A stretch of DNA of 64,000 nucleotides from the human T2T-CHM13v2.0 reference genome, Homo sapiens: NCBI RefSeq assembly GCF_009914755.1, contig NC_060925.1; one strand, 5' to 3'. The position numbers and the translations under genes were made by a program. Position 1 is the first letter of the stretch, and each line of letters begins with the position of its first letter. Below, piece by piece: positions 59,007 through 64,000 of this stretch. The notes below the pieces were generated by a model. That model saw only the letters and a program-made list of their open reading frames with translations, had not been told where the DNA came from and made no database searches.

Positions 59007-60138
59007 GTGAGTCTAGCCTCCCTACCCCCCGGAGGCCGTCAGGCCTTGGATCATGGACTGCAGGGTCACTCGGTGTCAGGCCCCTCCTTGAAGGGTGTGA
59101 AGGGGCTGTTCCTGCACTGGCTAGGATGTGGACACTTGTCCTTTCTCTTCCTCGGCTACAGCCCCCTGGCCCCTGGGCAAAGCATCACCTTGTCCCTTCA
59201 TGACCACATCACTCATGTATTCCTTCATTCAGCATTTCTACAGACTCACTGGTGATGCCCTCTGGGTGCCAGACACAGGGGAGCAGCCCAGGAGCCTGTC
59301 CAGATCCATGTAGAGTCCCTGCTCCCAGGAGCAGCTGAGCGAATAGGCAATCATGGTTGAGTAGACCAAGAGCTGGGAGGGGATGATATAGCCAGGAGTA
59401 TGATGAAGGGCCCCTTCGGGCAAGGGGGCCAAGGCAGGTAACATCTGTGCTGGGCCCGAATTCTACTGAGTAGTTAGCAAAGAAAGTGAGTGTGTGTGTG
59501 TGTGTGTGCGCAGAAGAGGGCAGAAGGAAGTGTGGGGAAGGGCACTCCAGGTAAAGGGAACAGCATGTGCAAACGTCCAGAGTCAGACAGCAAGCCTGGG
59601 ATGTTCTGGAGCTACAAGTCCCGGCTCCTGGCCCAGCAGGGAGGGCAGAGAGGGGGAAGTGATGGGAGGTGACCCTGGGAGGCTGGCTGGGTTGGCTCCA
59701 TTCAGATGATTGGTCATCCATTTGTTCTCAAGCTATAGCCTCACCCTGCACACCGGGACAGAGTTCATGCCCCAGCCTAAGCTCAGAAACCAGCTCCCTT
59801 TCGCTCAAGCAGGAAAGGGGACTGACTTTACAGCAGAGATGCAGGGTGCTCTTATCAGACCCAGAGTTGCAGACAGCCCAGGGACACTTCTCAGTGCCAC
59901 TCACCTGTCTGCCCCCATCTGCCCGTCTGCATCACACCTGTCAAGCTGCTACATCCTGGATCCCTTCACCCAAAGAGAACTATGTGTGGTCCCAAGCCCA
60001 CCTCCCTGGGAAGGACTTGATTAGCCTGTGTTGGATCCAGGCCTCCCTTCCAGTCCGTTCAGCTGGCTAGTGGTCAAGTGTGAACGCTAAGCATCTGTCC
60101 TCATGGGTACATGACAAAGGATTACCAAAAGGGGGTCA

Positions 60139-63421
<3,283 letters not shown>

Positions 63422-63629
63422 TAACTCATCTGTTAACACAAAACAAGAACTGCCAGTGTCCCATCCAAAAATAGGAAAACCTCATTGCCCCTCACTCTGC
63501 CTCGAGTCAGCTAGTTTCATACTTTCTTTGAAAGTAACTTGAAACTTAACACCCCACTTCTGACACCAATATGTGTATTATTTGGGATTTTTTTGTTTTG
63601 AATAACAATATCCAACTCAAGAGAGTTTA

Positions 63630-63893
<264 letters not shown>

Positions 63894-64000
63894 TTAGCCA
63901 GGCGTGGTGGTGCACTCCTGTAATCCCAGTTACTCAGGAGACTGAGGCAGGAGAATCGCTTGAACCTGGAAGGTGGAGGTTGCAGTAAGCCAAGATCTCA

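Overview
Human genomic DNA, recognisable as chr1p36 from the encoded proteins; a diagnostic AluYa5 supports human origin. On the + strand it holds three things. (1) The last two coding exons and Alu-rich 3'UTR of SLC25A33 (mitochondrial pyrimidine nucleotide carrier). (2) The complete 11-exon TMEM201/SAMP1 gene: exon lengths sum to 2001 nt (666 aa), plus a 392-aa isoform made by read-through of the exon 6 donor. (3) About 17 kb of nested Alu/ERV1/MaLR sequence followed by a CpG island and promoter/exon-like module at 55.7-59 kb, probably far-upstream non-coding exons of the next gene, PIK3CD (inferred from gene order; no PIK3CD coding sequence is present). I cannot support a wholly new biological system here. 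The best leads are: an Alu-Alu inversion revealed by an LTR split across both strands; a uORF (MPPGLD*) mimicking the p110delta N-terminus; a possible third TMEM201 isoform ending at a MER3-derived poly(A) signal; a poly(A) switch controlling inverted Alus in the SLC25A33 3'UTR; an octamer VNTR just upstream of the TMEM201 ATG; and a tRNA-Ser-primed ERV remnant with an intact splice donor. Repeat family names come from recalled consensus sequences, and repeat boundaries are approximate.
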